A DNA stretch of 64,000 bases from assembly GCF_947568905.1 (NCBI RefSeq), contig NC_079167.1, positions 10,416,001 to 10,480,000 on the forward strand. The letters are read 5' to 3'. Shown here piece by piece: positions 11,501 to 23,676 of this stretch. Both the position numbers and the translations under genes were made by a program. Positions within the stretch are counted from its first letter, which is position 1; each line of letters starts with the position of its first letter. Origin of the DNA: Ostrea edulis (Eukaryota). A model generated the notes under the pieces. That model worked only from the letters and a program-made list of their open reading frames with translations. It did not search any database and was not told the origin of the DNA.

Positions 11501-12431
11501 AATTTGTTTGAAAAATTATGAATTTTGATTTATTACGTGGTACTGTCTAGTATTCCTTCTGAGTACTCGCAGTGCTTTGATGAACTTTCTTATTGGCTGC
11601 TAGCTTCTATGGCCTTATTGGCTGCTAGCTTTTATGACCTTATTGGCTGCTAGCTTCTATGACCTTATTGGCTGCTAGTTTCTATGGCCTTATTGGCTGC
11701 TGGTTAGTGGCTGCTAGCTCCAGGCTAGTGACGATGCACGTGGGTTGAATGTGCACTATATTTGAGTTCATGAAGCTTCATTTTTTCTTTTGTGGAGAAT
11801 GAAATTCTGTTTTGTCATTTGATGCAGAAAAGGTTGTACCCTGTGCGGCATATTTGCAATGTTCATAGCTGTATAATGTATGCATCCAGAAGAAATCAAA
11901 TAGCGGAAGAACCTTAGATGGTACTTTTGCTGGCTAGGAAGGGAACAGTAGAACCCTAACCTTTCATTGTTAACTGTACTATCAAAAGAAAAAAGTTTGA
12001 ATACAAGTACAATGTACAAATAATTGATAATTCCAGAATAGTAATGATAATGTAGATACTTTTCAAACATCCCATTATGGAGTCATTTCATTTTTACACA
12101 AATAATTTAGGCATGCTTTAAAAAAAGAAGAAAGAATGAGTACAAGTACATGTAATTTAAATGATACAAGAATACCAATGATAATTGGGTTGTTTTTTTT
12201 TCAGGGATGCTGATGTTGTCTATTGTGGCAGATTTTATCCTGACGTACATCATGAACTATAATAAAAATCATTTAGGAAACTGTCCTTATTCCTCCGGAT
12301 TGGTTCTCTTAGGTCTTTCTATCCATTTCTTTGTTGTCATCGATGGCTTCAGAAGTCTCTCTGAAAATATAGGATACCACAGGATGTCGGACTCGGAGAT
12401 AGCCACTAGGACAATTCAGAATGACGAGTAG
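5575..12431 (+). CDS. Claudin/PMP22-like four-transmembrane protein, paralog 1; join(5575-5824,6028-6177,12205-12431), 208 aa
   Basis: GT-AG junctions, both introns phase 1, and the total of 627 nt is in frame. Four hydrophobic segments, a Cys-containing first loop with PYW...MGCW, and a PYSSGLVLLG motif before TM4. Exon structure is identical in the two downstream paralogs. The superfamily call is from topology and motif only. Confidence 0.8.
7500..9100 (-). pseudogene. Degraded Gypsy gag-protease remnant inside the foldback element; boundaries approximate
   Basis: Minus strand gives gag-like YYILLLEMDDNLSLA*TLRRFEKRFG and FQSVSQNEGEPLHQ*ANSVLSLAIDAF, and protease-like MAEITIQGVQC and TIVQAGKNAMMRGFVIGLVGIRLG..YVA. 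It has many stops and frameshifts. Confidence 0.6.
8040..8298 (+). mobile_element. Partial copy of a MITE family also found at about 27640-27770 and 63061-63993
   Basis: The block attaattgctagaaccg..gaagctg..taaatttccaga..gagattcggtgaaggc..agccga is shared with 63860-63990. It interrupts the gag remnant. Confidence 0.6.
10889..11430 (+). mobile_element. Penelope-like element 3' fragment (RT thumb plus 3' terminus), inserted in the right arm of the foldback element
   Basis: Encodes TTQLYDKRDDFSFSIVNFP..SPAYGIYISQLIRYARAC..LSDVFHTDC*. Ends with the family terminus ..ctgttcgttatcttcacatttca. Confidence 0.8.
11591..11705. repeat. 25-bp tandem repeat, about 5 copies, within the right TIR
   Basis: tattggctgc at 11591, 11616, 11641, 11666 and 11691; the left TIR has only about 2 copies. 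Confidence 0.9.
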
Positions 12432-13227
12432 TGACTAGGGCTCACACCAAAACATCAATAACAAGAGAGGAAATGGGTAACCCCGTATCCATGATATTCG
12501 ATTTAGAATTCACATGAAATTAGATAGCGTGTAGCTTTACACCAATATTTTGATTAGATATTCATGTCATTAATTAGGTAAACTATCTTGTTCATTTGAG
12601 GTCATGAGAAATATTTAACACTAATGATCCCATGGAAATTAGGAAGGGAGAATGTTGATTGTTTAAGATATTTTAGAATATTTTTTAACATGTTTATATT
12701 TAGAAGTATATTTTCTGTTCTAAGAAAATTAATCTAGAATACTGGTCTATCACTGTCTTCTTCTTTTTTTTTTATTAAAACCTTCGTGAGAAGTAACGCG
12801 TAGGAATCTGTTGAATCAAATTTTCACAATAACAAAAATATGAATTTTAATGGTTGCAATTTAATTGGAATTAAAGTCAAATATACTCATTCAAATGTTC
12901 TTGTCCTTTGAAAAATGATATTACTTATATTTCTATTATATATGGGGGTTTATATTTCATTCCGATATAGAAGCCTGTCAGATGAAGGGTGCGTAGGTGT
13001 TTTAATGAAAGTACTCTTCGATAAGTTAAACATTTTGCAAGAAAATAAAGCGTAAGAATCTGAAATTAATTTTCATAATAAAGGAAAAAAAATTAATGCA
13101 ATCAATTTTATTCATATCTTATTTATATTACACAACAATTTCTCGCGATAAATTAAAGACTATAGAATTTTTTGGTCTTTTTATGAAATGATATGAAGTG
13201 GGTATTACAAACAATCTTTGGTCAATT

Positions 13228-14318
13228 AATGCATCAAAACGGATGACTTTTCAACACTTTACACGACCATTCCTGACGATATATTAAAGAATAGACTTTT
13301 TGACATCATAGACAGTTGCTTCTTCAACAAAAATGGAAAACGAAAATATCCATATCTAGTGATCAGTCATTCTAAAAATTACACCATTCTGATTCCACGC
13401 ATAAGTATTAGTAATATGCTGGAGTTCCTCATTGACAATATCTTCGTAGTCTTTAGTGATCAGGTCCTCTAACAGTCTGTTGGAATTCCCATGGGCACGG
13501 ATTGTGCTCCTTTGTTACATGTAGCTGACCTGTTTTTTTATTCTTATGAATCAGAATGTATTCAAAACTTGTACGTGAGAGGAAAAAATCTCTTGTTATG
13601 GCCTTCAATTCCACATTTAGATATATCGACGACGTATTATCTATTAACAATGATAATTTTCATTCATATGTCGATTCGATATACCCCTGTCAACTCGAAA
13701 TAAAAGACACCATAGAGTCATCCACTTCTGCTTCATACTTAGATATTTTATTGAAAGTAGATATTAACGGCAAACTAACAACTCAACTTTAAGACAAACG
13801 GGATGATTTCAGCTTCTCCATCGTCAACTTCCCATATTTATGTAATAATGTTCCATTATCACCTGCATATGGAGTTTATATCTCTGAATTAATTCGATAT
13901 ACAAAAGCTTGTTCTGCATATGGTCAGTTTTTAAATCGAGGCAGGCTACTGACAAACAAGTTGATGGTGCAGGGGTTTCAATAGTTTCGTTTAAAGTCAG
14001 CATTTCGCTAATTCTATGGTCGCTATAACGATCTAGTTTACTAATACATCCTACCATTGGGTCAAATGCTGTCTGGCGTGTTTCATACCGCTTGTTAGGC
14101 CGTTCCTGGCACACTGACTTTGACTGCGGATAACTCCGTTTACCTGATCAAGATAGAGGACTCGCGGCGTGTGTGACTGGTTGACAGGGGGTGCTTACTC
14201 CTCCTAGGCACATGATCTCACCACTGGTATATCCAGGGGTCCGTGTTTGCACAACTCTCTATTTTGTATTGCTTATAGGAGTTATGAGAATAATCACTGT
14301 TCGTTATCTGCACCTTTC
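13228..14318 (+). mobile_element. Penelope-like RT fragment (core plus thumb plus 3' terminus), degraded
   Basis: DFSTLYTTIP, GIPMGTDCAPLL..ADLF, FRYIDDVLSINN and LTTQL*DKRDDF motifs, with frameshifts. Confidence 0.85.
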
Positions 14319-14402
14319 GTACTAAAATTCCGTGCTAAAGCTTACAAACTTAACAAGGATTGTATATGGAAATTAGGCGATACCACGATTCCTTGCTCTG
14401 AC

Positions 14403-15022
14403 CAGGCCTGGCGTAAAGGTAATGTTTAATGGTAATGCTAATGTAATGACAGCCAATTTCAGTGTGTATTACATTACATAACACTTAATTAACATAACAG
14501 CCAATTTCAGTGTAATGTGGGTATAAGGTGTAATGGGCTATTTTTGCATTACAAGTAATGGTAATGTAATGCATTACTTGTAGAAAATATATTGTAATGC
14601 AGATTACATTTCATTACATTTTTCTTTATTTACTTCAAATATATGATGAAATTTTGGAGGTTTGGATTAATTCATTGTATATACGTACTTTTGAAGCATT
14701 GATGATAATCAAACGCATTGAATAACTTTGATGTGTTTCCTAACATTGATGAATATTTTGTGTACTTATGTTACTGTATATTTAAAATTTATAAATCATT
14801 ATAAAGAAATATTTTTTCTGCCCTTTCTTTAATATCAGTATGTTATGAAAGGTGAAGATAACGAACAGTGATCAATGTTTGGTGTTGTATAATGTAATGC
14901 ACTTTTAGATAATGTGTAATGCAATGCATTATATTTCAAACTAGGGGTAATGGTAATGTCGACTTTTTCTAAGTAATGGTAATGTAATGCATTACATTGC
15001 TATGTAATTGATCCCAGTACTG
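14403..15022. mobile_element. 620-bp MITE with an 8-bp TSD (hAT-like) and gtaat-rich subterminal repeats
   Basis: Ends caggcctgg and cccagtactg. Flanks gctctgac (14395-14402) and actctgac (15023-15030). The empty site is present in the duplicated segment at about 22235-22245. Confidence 0.7.
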
Positions 15023-15169
15023 ACTCTGACACCTAAAATCATCTGGGAATCATTATCAACAATAAATTTACACTCACAGATGGAATTTTATCAGCATGCC
15101 GGAAGGGACAAAAATCATATTACACACTTAACGATATAGGATCGAATTTTCTCACATTATCTCCAGTGT

Positions 15170-15747
15170 GAGATCGACTTTGGCCATGTGAGATTTTTCT
15201 CTCTCACATTATCACCAGTGTCAGATTGACTTTACCCATGTGAGACAGCCATGTGAAATGTCTCACACTGCTGTGACGTCATATATTTTCTATGATTTAC
15301 GTCAGACTCCCCGTCGAGGCCTCATTACGTCACCTACGTGTGAGCAAACGAACTCTGGCGGAAGTTTGTGATTTACGTTACACGGTGAAGTGAAATATTT
15401 TGCATTAGTATAGCTTTCTGGTGAACAACCTTGTGTTTTTTAGTTTACACAAATAGTGTAAACCATTTTCGGGTATGCTCTTTCTGCCTATCTAATTAGT
15501 TTTTGCATTGAAGTTCAAATGAGGATTTTGATAATTTAAAATTTTCTCAAAGCTCCTAAATTTATGCACTAAACTGTAGGTAAAATGTGAGAAAAACAAT
15601 CCTTCATTATTTACTCGTATGGGATAGGGAAATTCCACCACTGGAACAAAATTCGCTGACTAGGACTCAGCAAAGCCTCGTCTAAGACTGCGAATCTTGT
15701 CCCCTCGGTGGAATTTCCCTATCCCACACTCGTACTAATGAAGGATT
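15170..15747. repeat. Interspersed non-autonomous DNA element ending in a 150-bp imperfect palindrome (15598-15747)
   Basis: aatccttcatta..gggatagggaaattccacc versus ggtggaatttccctatccc..taatgaaggatt. An inverted homologous piece lies at about 17708-17795. Confidence 0.55.
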
Positions 15748-17228
15748 CTAATATGTCTTACGGCGTGACCGTGTTTGAGAGCGAAGCAAAAAGTATTGGC
15801 ATTAGTATCTATATCCAAAACAGGACAAAAAACAACCCGAAGTTAGCACGAGGACAGAGCTTTATCAAAGCATCCTAATTTTGGATCCGCCTATATATTG
15901 AACGCGGGAAATATAACGCAATTGATGTAAACTGTGCATTATGACGTCATATTCAACGTCGGTATATAGCAAATTTACAAAAATAGGAGACATGGCACAA
16001 GATGTCGTTAATCGAGGAGTGATTATATATGATTAAAAAAAAATAAGATGTACATACTTTTACAGATTTTATGTAACATCTCAGAACGACGTGAACTAGG
16101 GTAGACGAGATTCAAAATGGAGAAATGCATATTCGAATCGACGCCATTGGGACCAAAATTTTCAAGTTCAATTTTTCATTAGTTTTCTATATTTTCCTTT
16201 TAAACATGTCTATACTTGTTACCTATAGGGAGCCCTCTGACAAGAAATTTGACTGACATTTTTTGAAAGAAAAGGTTTTTCGAGACTAAAATATGGCTTT
16301 GTTATGGTTGATAACGCTGAAATTCGCAATGCTCTGCGAAATAAAAGGCAAGCTCAAAGTCGGAGGATTCTGGACAAGCATCGTGTAAATCCGGACAACA
16401 GTGGTATAGCATGTAAAAATATTTCTCCCTACCTTAAAAGCTTTAAGATGAAGGTTTCGAATAGTTAAAACCCCTTTTTTTCCTCTTGATTATTAATGAA
16501 TTATTATTTTTGATTTCCTATGCGACGGGTTAACCGGACCTGTCATCCTCTTGTATAATATCAGTTATGAAATTGTCATTGAAATTGGACTAAACTTCAC
16601 TAAGTTGTTGTCATTATAGTTTCTTTTCCTGAAATTGGTTTATTCTTTTATCCTTTCTACAGGTTTTTTTAAATTGACTTTTCTAATTATTAAGAGCTAT
16701 GACGAAATTGATTTCTGTCCGTGTTTTGACAGTTTCTGGTTTTATGATGTACACATGTATGTTGAATACACCATTTCCGAGTTGCTCAATAGTTATTTCC
16801 CTTTGTGGAACTCTTACGCACAGTGAGACACAAAACATACTATTGTCCACACGCGATGGGTACAAATGCTTATCGCTGCCTTGATATATTGCCTAAAGGC
16901 CGATTGTCAGACATGATGCAACCACCCAAACTGCAGGGACACGCAATATTAGTAAGTTTATTAGTATTTGATAATAAAATAGCTCAAACAAAAATCGATA
17001 ATCACCATTTTTCTTTGATTAAAATATCACTCGTGCAGAATAGGAACAAAAAATAAATTCGTATTTAATTTAATGGCCTAATTCAATCAAATATTATTCT
17101 TGATACGGTCAGTTTAATGTATACAAACGGCTGATATAAACAAAATTTACACTTTCATTACTTTTATCCGTATTAACATAGCTAGTATATAGTATATGTA
17201 TACATCTTGTACCCACCCAAGCGTTCAA

Positions 17229-17644
17229 CCAATTTCTACCCAGAGTTATCGTTCTTTACACTCACTTACACCTCTGTCAACGTCTCAAGAAAGTATGGTT
17301 TTGACTTCAGTTACAAAAATATACGTAAATAAATAAATATTAAGCAGATGTCAAGTCTTTGTGCGACACAAGAAGCATTGATTTGGGTTGAAACGTGGAT
17401 ATTGGGTAGTTCTATTGCACCAAGCCTATACATAGGTACATGAAGAATATATAGTAATGGAAATAAATCTACAAATAGTTGCTTGTCCTATATTTTCCCG
17501 ATATTTTATAAAATAGTACTTCATTTTATTAGCCGTAAAAAAAAGAGTGGATTTACTTATGGAATAACATTGCTTATTTTGAGACGTTAACAGAGGTGTA
17601 AGTGAGAGCAATGTTAAGGAACGACAACTCTGGGTAGAGATTGG
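17229..17644. mobile_element. MITE-like element with about 60-bp imperfect inverted ends
   Basis: ccaatttctacccagagtt..acacctctgtcaacgtctcaa versus ttgagacgttaacagaggtgt..aactctgggtagagattgg. A related end occurs at about 19062-19095. Confidence 0.6.
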
Positions 17645-18606
17645 CGTCCAACAGAACACTGAACGTACCTCTATCACAGAAGAGCTGATTTCTCGGAAGT
17701 TGCGTATTAGGTGACGTAATGAGGCCTCGACGGGGAGTTTGCAACTTAGCAGCGATTCAAATCACAGTCCAAACTTCCGCCAGAGTTCGTTTGCACGCAA
17801 ACCAAATCTTAGTCTGGATGATCTAGACTAACCAAATCTCTGTGTGCGGAGACGCAGAGAATTATGGGTAGTATGAGCACAGTCTAGCCAGATTTGTGAC
17901 GTCACTTTGATTTAGTTCCCATCTTGCGACTATTTGTTTCTATTAGGTTTGATAAAGTAGTAAATCCCCTTATTAGTAAAACTTTTAAATAAGATAAGAT
18001 ACAATTGATTTGAATACAAAATAATGATTGCATTTTTCCTATATGTAAATATAAATCATATCGAAAAGCAATCATTTATAAATACGTATTTGTTGAATCT
18101 TAATTAGAAAGTATTAATTTAATTATTTTAATTATGTAGACTAATGTACATGTATGCTATATTACAATTTCCAATATTTTGAGATGTCTATAAGTAGGAA
18201 AGATAGAGATAGGCCTATCCCCTTTCGTAACGTAAAGGCTACACATATGTACATGTAAACGTTTATGTGGGATATGTAAACATTAATATGGGAATACACC
18301 AAAACATTGCTGTTCATGGTATTTATCAAACTTCATTTTAAGATGATTTTTGGAAATATGATCGATTTCTATTGGATCCAATTCAGTCCTTTACCCGGTT
18401 CGTCCCAGTCTGACCAGGACCGCAAACGATTGAACTGTCATTCGACACGCTGTACAGAGGGACTGTTCGCCCACCTAGTTATACTTATCTAGACCTTTTA
18501 CATGCTATTAATATAAATATAATTTCTTTTTTTTTTTTTTGGTTCGAGAATTATCATCCTTGTCGTATTGCAAACAATTTCACATGACTGTGGCTCATGT
18601 ACCAAG

Positions 18607-18707
18607 CGACTATATACACGTCACTATTGTTTTATTTTACAGTCGACTATGTACATGTCACTATTGTTTTATTTTACAGTCGACTATGTACATGTCACTA
18701 TTGTTTT
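18607..18707. repeat. 37-bp tandem repeat, about 2.7 copies
   Basis: cgacta units start at 18607, 18644 and 18681. Confidence 0.9.
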
Positions 18708-19289
18708 AGATAAAAACATCAAATGAACTTTAAAAATCCGAATTATAATGATCACATGAGTCAATAAAAATATACTTCATTATCTCTTATTTGTACTACA
18801 CAAAAGGTAACACACAACTGAATTTATGATTTGTCGGGCATATCATATAATCTTAGCTATATGTGTGTGATGCGGAATTTTGTCCGGAAATGTCAGATTT
18901 TATATGCACAGGGATTGATGAAAGGCCCTTTTTCTGATTAATCGAAGTATTTCGTTTAACACACGCAAATATCACCCATCACCTTGCATGTGCACTTATT
19001 AAAATACAATGTACATTGTATTGACAAATGTAAGTTAAATTTTGAAGTTTTGGTTAAAATCAATCTCTACCCAGAGTTAACGTTCCTTACACTCACATAT
19101 ACAGCGATCCGGGTAAAATCGAGAGTGTATCATTCTACTATGGAGACGTTTTGGCGCCATTTCATTTGTATATTTTTATTTAAAACTTCGCTCATAACGT
19201 ATAAAACTTCGTTTAAATAACGTATTTCAAGGAAACATTTGAAGCCGTGTACGAAAATTTTGATTTTTATAGTTAAATTTACATGTACG

Positions 19290-19453
19290 TTGCTGATGAC
19301 TATTGATAACATTGCTGATGACTATTGATAACATTGCTGATGACTATTGATAACATTGCTGATGACTATTGATAACATTGCTGATGACTATTGATAACAT
19401 TGCTGATGACTATTGATAACATTGCTGATGACTATTGATAACATTGCTGATGA
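19290..19453. repeat. 22-bp perfect tandem repeat, 7 copies plus a partial one
   Basis: ttgctgatgactattgataaca repeated head to tail. Confidence 0.95.
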
Positions 19454-19703
19454 TAAATGTATGGAGTTTGCTGAAAATTCGTAGCGTTGCGAGCTACATA
19501 ATTATGTAGCCTACAGTCCCTCTACAAAAGCTCAAATCCTCGCAGAGAACCGTTCGTGACGACAATAGGAAGTTTATACATTTATGCATACGATGTAGCT
19601 TTTTTGTCATTATCTATATCAAGATAGATTATTTGGCAAATATGCAGGTTTGTTATCAACAATATAAAACAGTTATACTCCGATAGCTGCGTGATAAACA
19701 GAG

Positions 19704-21023
19704 ATGGGTCTCCTAAACCTCTTTCTGCAATCCTTTCTAACCTTCGCCGGGTTTGTTTTTTACATTGTTGGAACTTTTCTTCCGTACTGGAGACAATTCA
19801 AGGAACCATCGAGTCAAATATCTGCGTCACTGATATACATCAAGAATTGCACCGTCAATATGGGATGCTGGTATAAAACCTTCTACGACCCAGTTCAGCA
19901 AGAGCAGTATTTCGGTAGTGCGAAAGGTAAAGAAGTTATCACACCTTCCTTATTTTGCATACATTCACTATTAGCTGTGTACGTAATGATGCTTTCTTTT
20001 TAGTTTAGTTTAGTTTATTCGTGATTCGAGCACATTTCCATCATAGATATAAACTTTAACAAAAATGTAGATGACGTGAATACTGATAATACCCATGACA
20101 GAATTGTTTTTACTCTGCTTAGTTTATCTTACAGACAGTCTATTCCCATTGATGGCGGTGACACAGGGGAAATGTCTGATGTCGCTACTTCTAAGTCTCG
20201 TTGCCACTGTAATGACAGTCAATGCAGTATGTAAGCAGGACAGGACTCGTCTCATCTGGGTCTTCCTTCTCTTGTCTTTTTCAGGTATACAATTTCTAGT
20301 AGGTTTTGCTGTTTTACATTTATGTGAATATATGAACACCACACGTGGGTCATCTCCGGATACCCACGGCTTATCTCCTCTTCTACTAATGGGTCCGACG
20401 ATGCACGTGGGTTGGATGTGCACTATATTTGAGATCATGATGCTTTTTTGTGAAGAATGAAATTCTGTTTTGGAAAAGATTGTACCCCAGAAAAATTCAA
20501 ACATGGGAGGGGAAGTGTGACCTAAGATGATACTTTTGCTGGCTAGGAATGGGTTTGTAGTCCCCAACATGGAACAGTAGAACCCTAAACTTTTCATTGT
20601 TAACTGTTCTACCAAAAGGGAACTTTCAACCCCCGCTAGATCCGCCACTGTACTTTTCAAACTTCCCATTATGGAGTCATTTCATTTTTACACAAATAAT
20701 TTAGGCATGCTTTAAAAAAAAGAAAGAATGAGTACAAGTACATGTAATTTAAATGATACAAGAATACCAATGATAATTGGGTGGTTTTTTTTTCAGGGAT
20801 TTTGATGTTGTCTATTGTGGCAGATTTTGTCGTGACGTATATCATGAACTATAATAAAAATTATTTGGGAAACTGTCCTTATTCCGCCGGATTGGTTCTC
20901 TTAGGTCTTTTTACCCATTTCCTTGTTGTCATCGATGGCTTCAGAAGTATCTCTGGAAATATAGGATACCACAGGATGTCTGACCCGGACAGAACCGATA
21001 GGACAATTCAGAATGACGAGTAG
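19704..21023 (+). CDS. Claudin/PMP22-like four-TM protein, paralog 2; join(19704-19926,20135-20284,20797-21023), 199 aa
   Basis: Same phase-1 GT-AG junctions, 600 nt in frame. Highly similar to paralog 1 apart from a 27-nt in-frame deletion in exon 1. Confidence 0.8.
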
Positions 21024-21039
21024 TGACTAGGGCTCACAC

Positions 21040-21080
21040 CATAGACGTAAAGGAAAGGGATCTTCTGCTTTACGTCTATG
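21040..21080. mobile_element. 41-bp miniature TIR element with a 7-bp TSD
   Basis: 13-bp perfect TIRs catagacgtaaag (21040-21052) and ctttacgtctatg (21068-21080). ctcacac is duplicated at 21033-21039 and 21081-21087. The element is absent from the same site in paralog 1. Confidence 0.8.
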
Positions 21081-21911
21081 CTCACACCAAAACATGAATA
21101 ACAATAAGGGTAATCCCCTGTCCATAATATTCGATTTAGAATTTCATGAAATTTGATAGTGTGTAGCTTTACGCCGATATTTTGATTAATTAATCATACC
21201 ATTGATTAGGTAGGCTACCTTTCTCAATTGAGGCCATGAGAAATAATCTTAAGAAAGAAACTGAACTAATGAGCCCATGGAGATGAAGAAGCGAACATGT
21301 AGATTGTTTACGATATTCTAGAATATTTTTGAATATGTTTATATTCAGAATTATATTTTCTGTTCTAAGAAAATTAATCTAGAATACTGGTATACAAAAC
21401 TTCAAAAGAATGATAATCTTAGTTGCGTCTCCTTGATAGACCTATCACTGTCTTCTTTTTTTTATTAAAACCTTCGTGGGAAGTAACGCGTAGGAATCTG
21501 TTGAATCTAATTTTCATAATAACAAAAATATGAATCTTAATGGTTGCAATTTAATTGGAATTAAAGTCAAATATATTCATTCAAATGTTCTTGTCCTTTG
21601 AAAAATGATATTACTTATATTTCTATTATATGTGGGGGTTTATATTTCATTCCGATATAGAAGCCTGCCAGATGAAGGGTGTGTATGTGTATTAATGAAA
21701 TACCTCTTCGATAAGTTAAACATTTTGCAGGAAAATAAAGCGTAAGAATCTGAAATTAATTTTCATTATAATGACGAAAAAAAAATAATCCTTGCAATTT
21801 TATTCATATTTCATTTATATTACCATTCCTCACGATAGATTAAAAACTACACTTTTTGGTCTTTTTATGAAATGATATGAAATGGGTATTACAAGCAATC
21901 TTTGGTCAATT

Positions 21912-22990
21912 GTTTTACAAACAGGGTCTTGTCATGTTTTTATGTCTTGTATATACATATCAATGAACTTATCGTTAACCTTGAAAACTCTTGCATAAAT
22001 ACTGGCATATTTAGTATAACCAGCAACTGTCCATCACTAGCGGACGGTATCGCATGTATCGGGATCACACCTGTTGTATTGCAACAAATGCTTGATGTTT
22101 CATGTGTATACTCTAGGAAGTGGCGTTTTTCATTCAATTCCCAAAAATCGTGCAAACTAAAATTCTGTGTTAAAGGTTACAAATTTAACAAGGATTGTGT
22201 ATATAAAAAAAATTAGGTGATACCACGATTTCTTGATCTGACACCTATAATCATCTGGTAATCATTATCAATAATAAACTTACACTCACAGATATACTTT
22301 TATCGGCATGCCGGAAGGGACAAAAATCATACTACACAATTACATGTAACGATATAGGATCGAATTATCTTAACCCACTAACTTGATCACACCTTAAATT
22401 ATAAATCAGTTGTATTATCCACCGTTCTCTACAGTTGTGAGTTGTGGAATAACCTTACTACAATGGACTGCCAACGGTTTAAGTTTTTTCAACATTGTAT
22501 TTGTAAAAAATGCACAAACCCTTCCTACAACGACAAGATCGGATATTTAAAGTATCTTCAATTTGATTCTTATCGAAATAGACGTTTCTCTGAAGACTTT
22601 GAGATATCGATCCTCGTTTTCTTCCAAAGATCTTTTTGACGCGTCTTAGACATTCATTCTTGGAGGACATTTCTAATAAACAATGAGGGTTTATTCCTGA
22701 TGTCATCAATTCAACCTTACTGATTACTTACAAACCTGGCTGATGAACAGTTTATTTCCATCGAAACATGCATGGTAGAAGATTGTAAGAACTGCAGTGT
22801 CTACACAACATACGACACAACGGAACCTCGGAATGATAAACGACGGTGAATTTCACCGCTTACAGTCTATCGTCCAACATCAGAACCACTGCTTCGTTTG
22901 GACTATTCCGCCAAATTCATATGAAATCACCTTGAGTAATATTTGTTAACTCATAGCTAATCCCCCTGAACAAACGCCAGATATCAGCTG
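21912..22990 (+). mobile_element. Degraded LINE (CR1/L2-group-like) RT C-terminal fragment; a shorter duplicate lies at 14322-14402 plus 15023-15150
   Basis: LADGIACIG..LQQMLDV..YSRKWRFSFNSQKS (ADD-region/thumb-like) and LYSCELWNNLT..FQH motifs. Confidence 0.6.
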
Positions 22991-23676
22991 ATTCTGTGAT
23001 GCCATCTTTCTAGATATTTTCAAACATTACATGTTCCTGCTAACTGACCTTGAATGACCTGGTCGGATGAAATCTCAAACAAACTCGATGTACTCCTCTC
23101 TGTGCTATGACTGATAATGATTTTTTTTTCTCTTAGGGCGCAATTCTTTTACACGGATCTCCGGAAGTTATATCGCTTGGGTTCGAATTTACTATTATAG
23201 AGTACTTTTTGATAGTAAATTCGAACCCAAGTGATATAATTGCCTGTGACATGGATTCTAGAACCAAACATGAGATTTCTTCAACAGTTTTACTTTCGCT
23301 ATATATAAGAAACACAATTACATGCTACAATTGGATACTCAAATCTGCTAGAGAGTGTCAGTCATACCCGTTATAAACTTCATTCATAACTTCATATCTT
23401 CGTAAATATTTCCCTTCCTTATTTTTGTTCTTCACTTTGTCATTTATATGTCTGTTGTGTATATTTCAATATATTATTCATTACTATGCATTTTATGTAT
23501 ATTTGAATATAATTGCATAATACTCACATGAGGGAAATAAAGTATGAATTAATAAATGGCATACAACACAACAAAAGAATAATTACCTTACATGTAGTTG
23601 CGTCTCCTCGATAGGCCTATCACTGTCTTTTTTATTAAGCACTTCGTGGGAAATAACGTGTAGGAATTTGTTGAAT

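Larger units (their letters stand above)
6302..11729. mobile_element. 5.4-kb foldback/MULE-like DNA element with about 0.9-kb TIRs, inserted in intron 2 of paralog 1
   Basis: 9-bp TSD gacgatgca at 6293-6301 and 11730-11738; the paralog-2 intron has the empty site once (about 20398). Terminal 41 bp match inverted with 4 mismatches. Arms are made of about 313-bp subrepeats (agctca at 6487, 6800, 7111, 7425; inverted at 10321, 10630, 11469). Confidence 0.85.
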
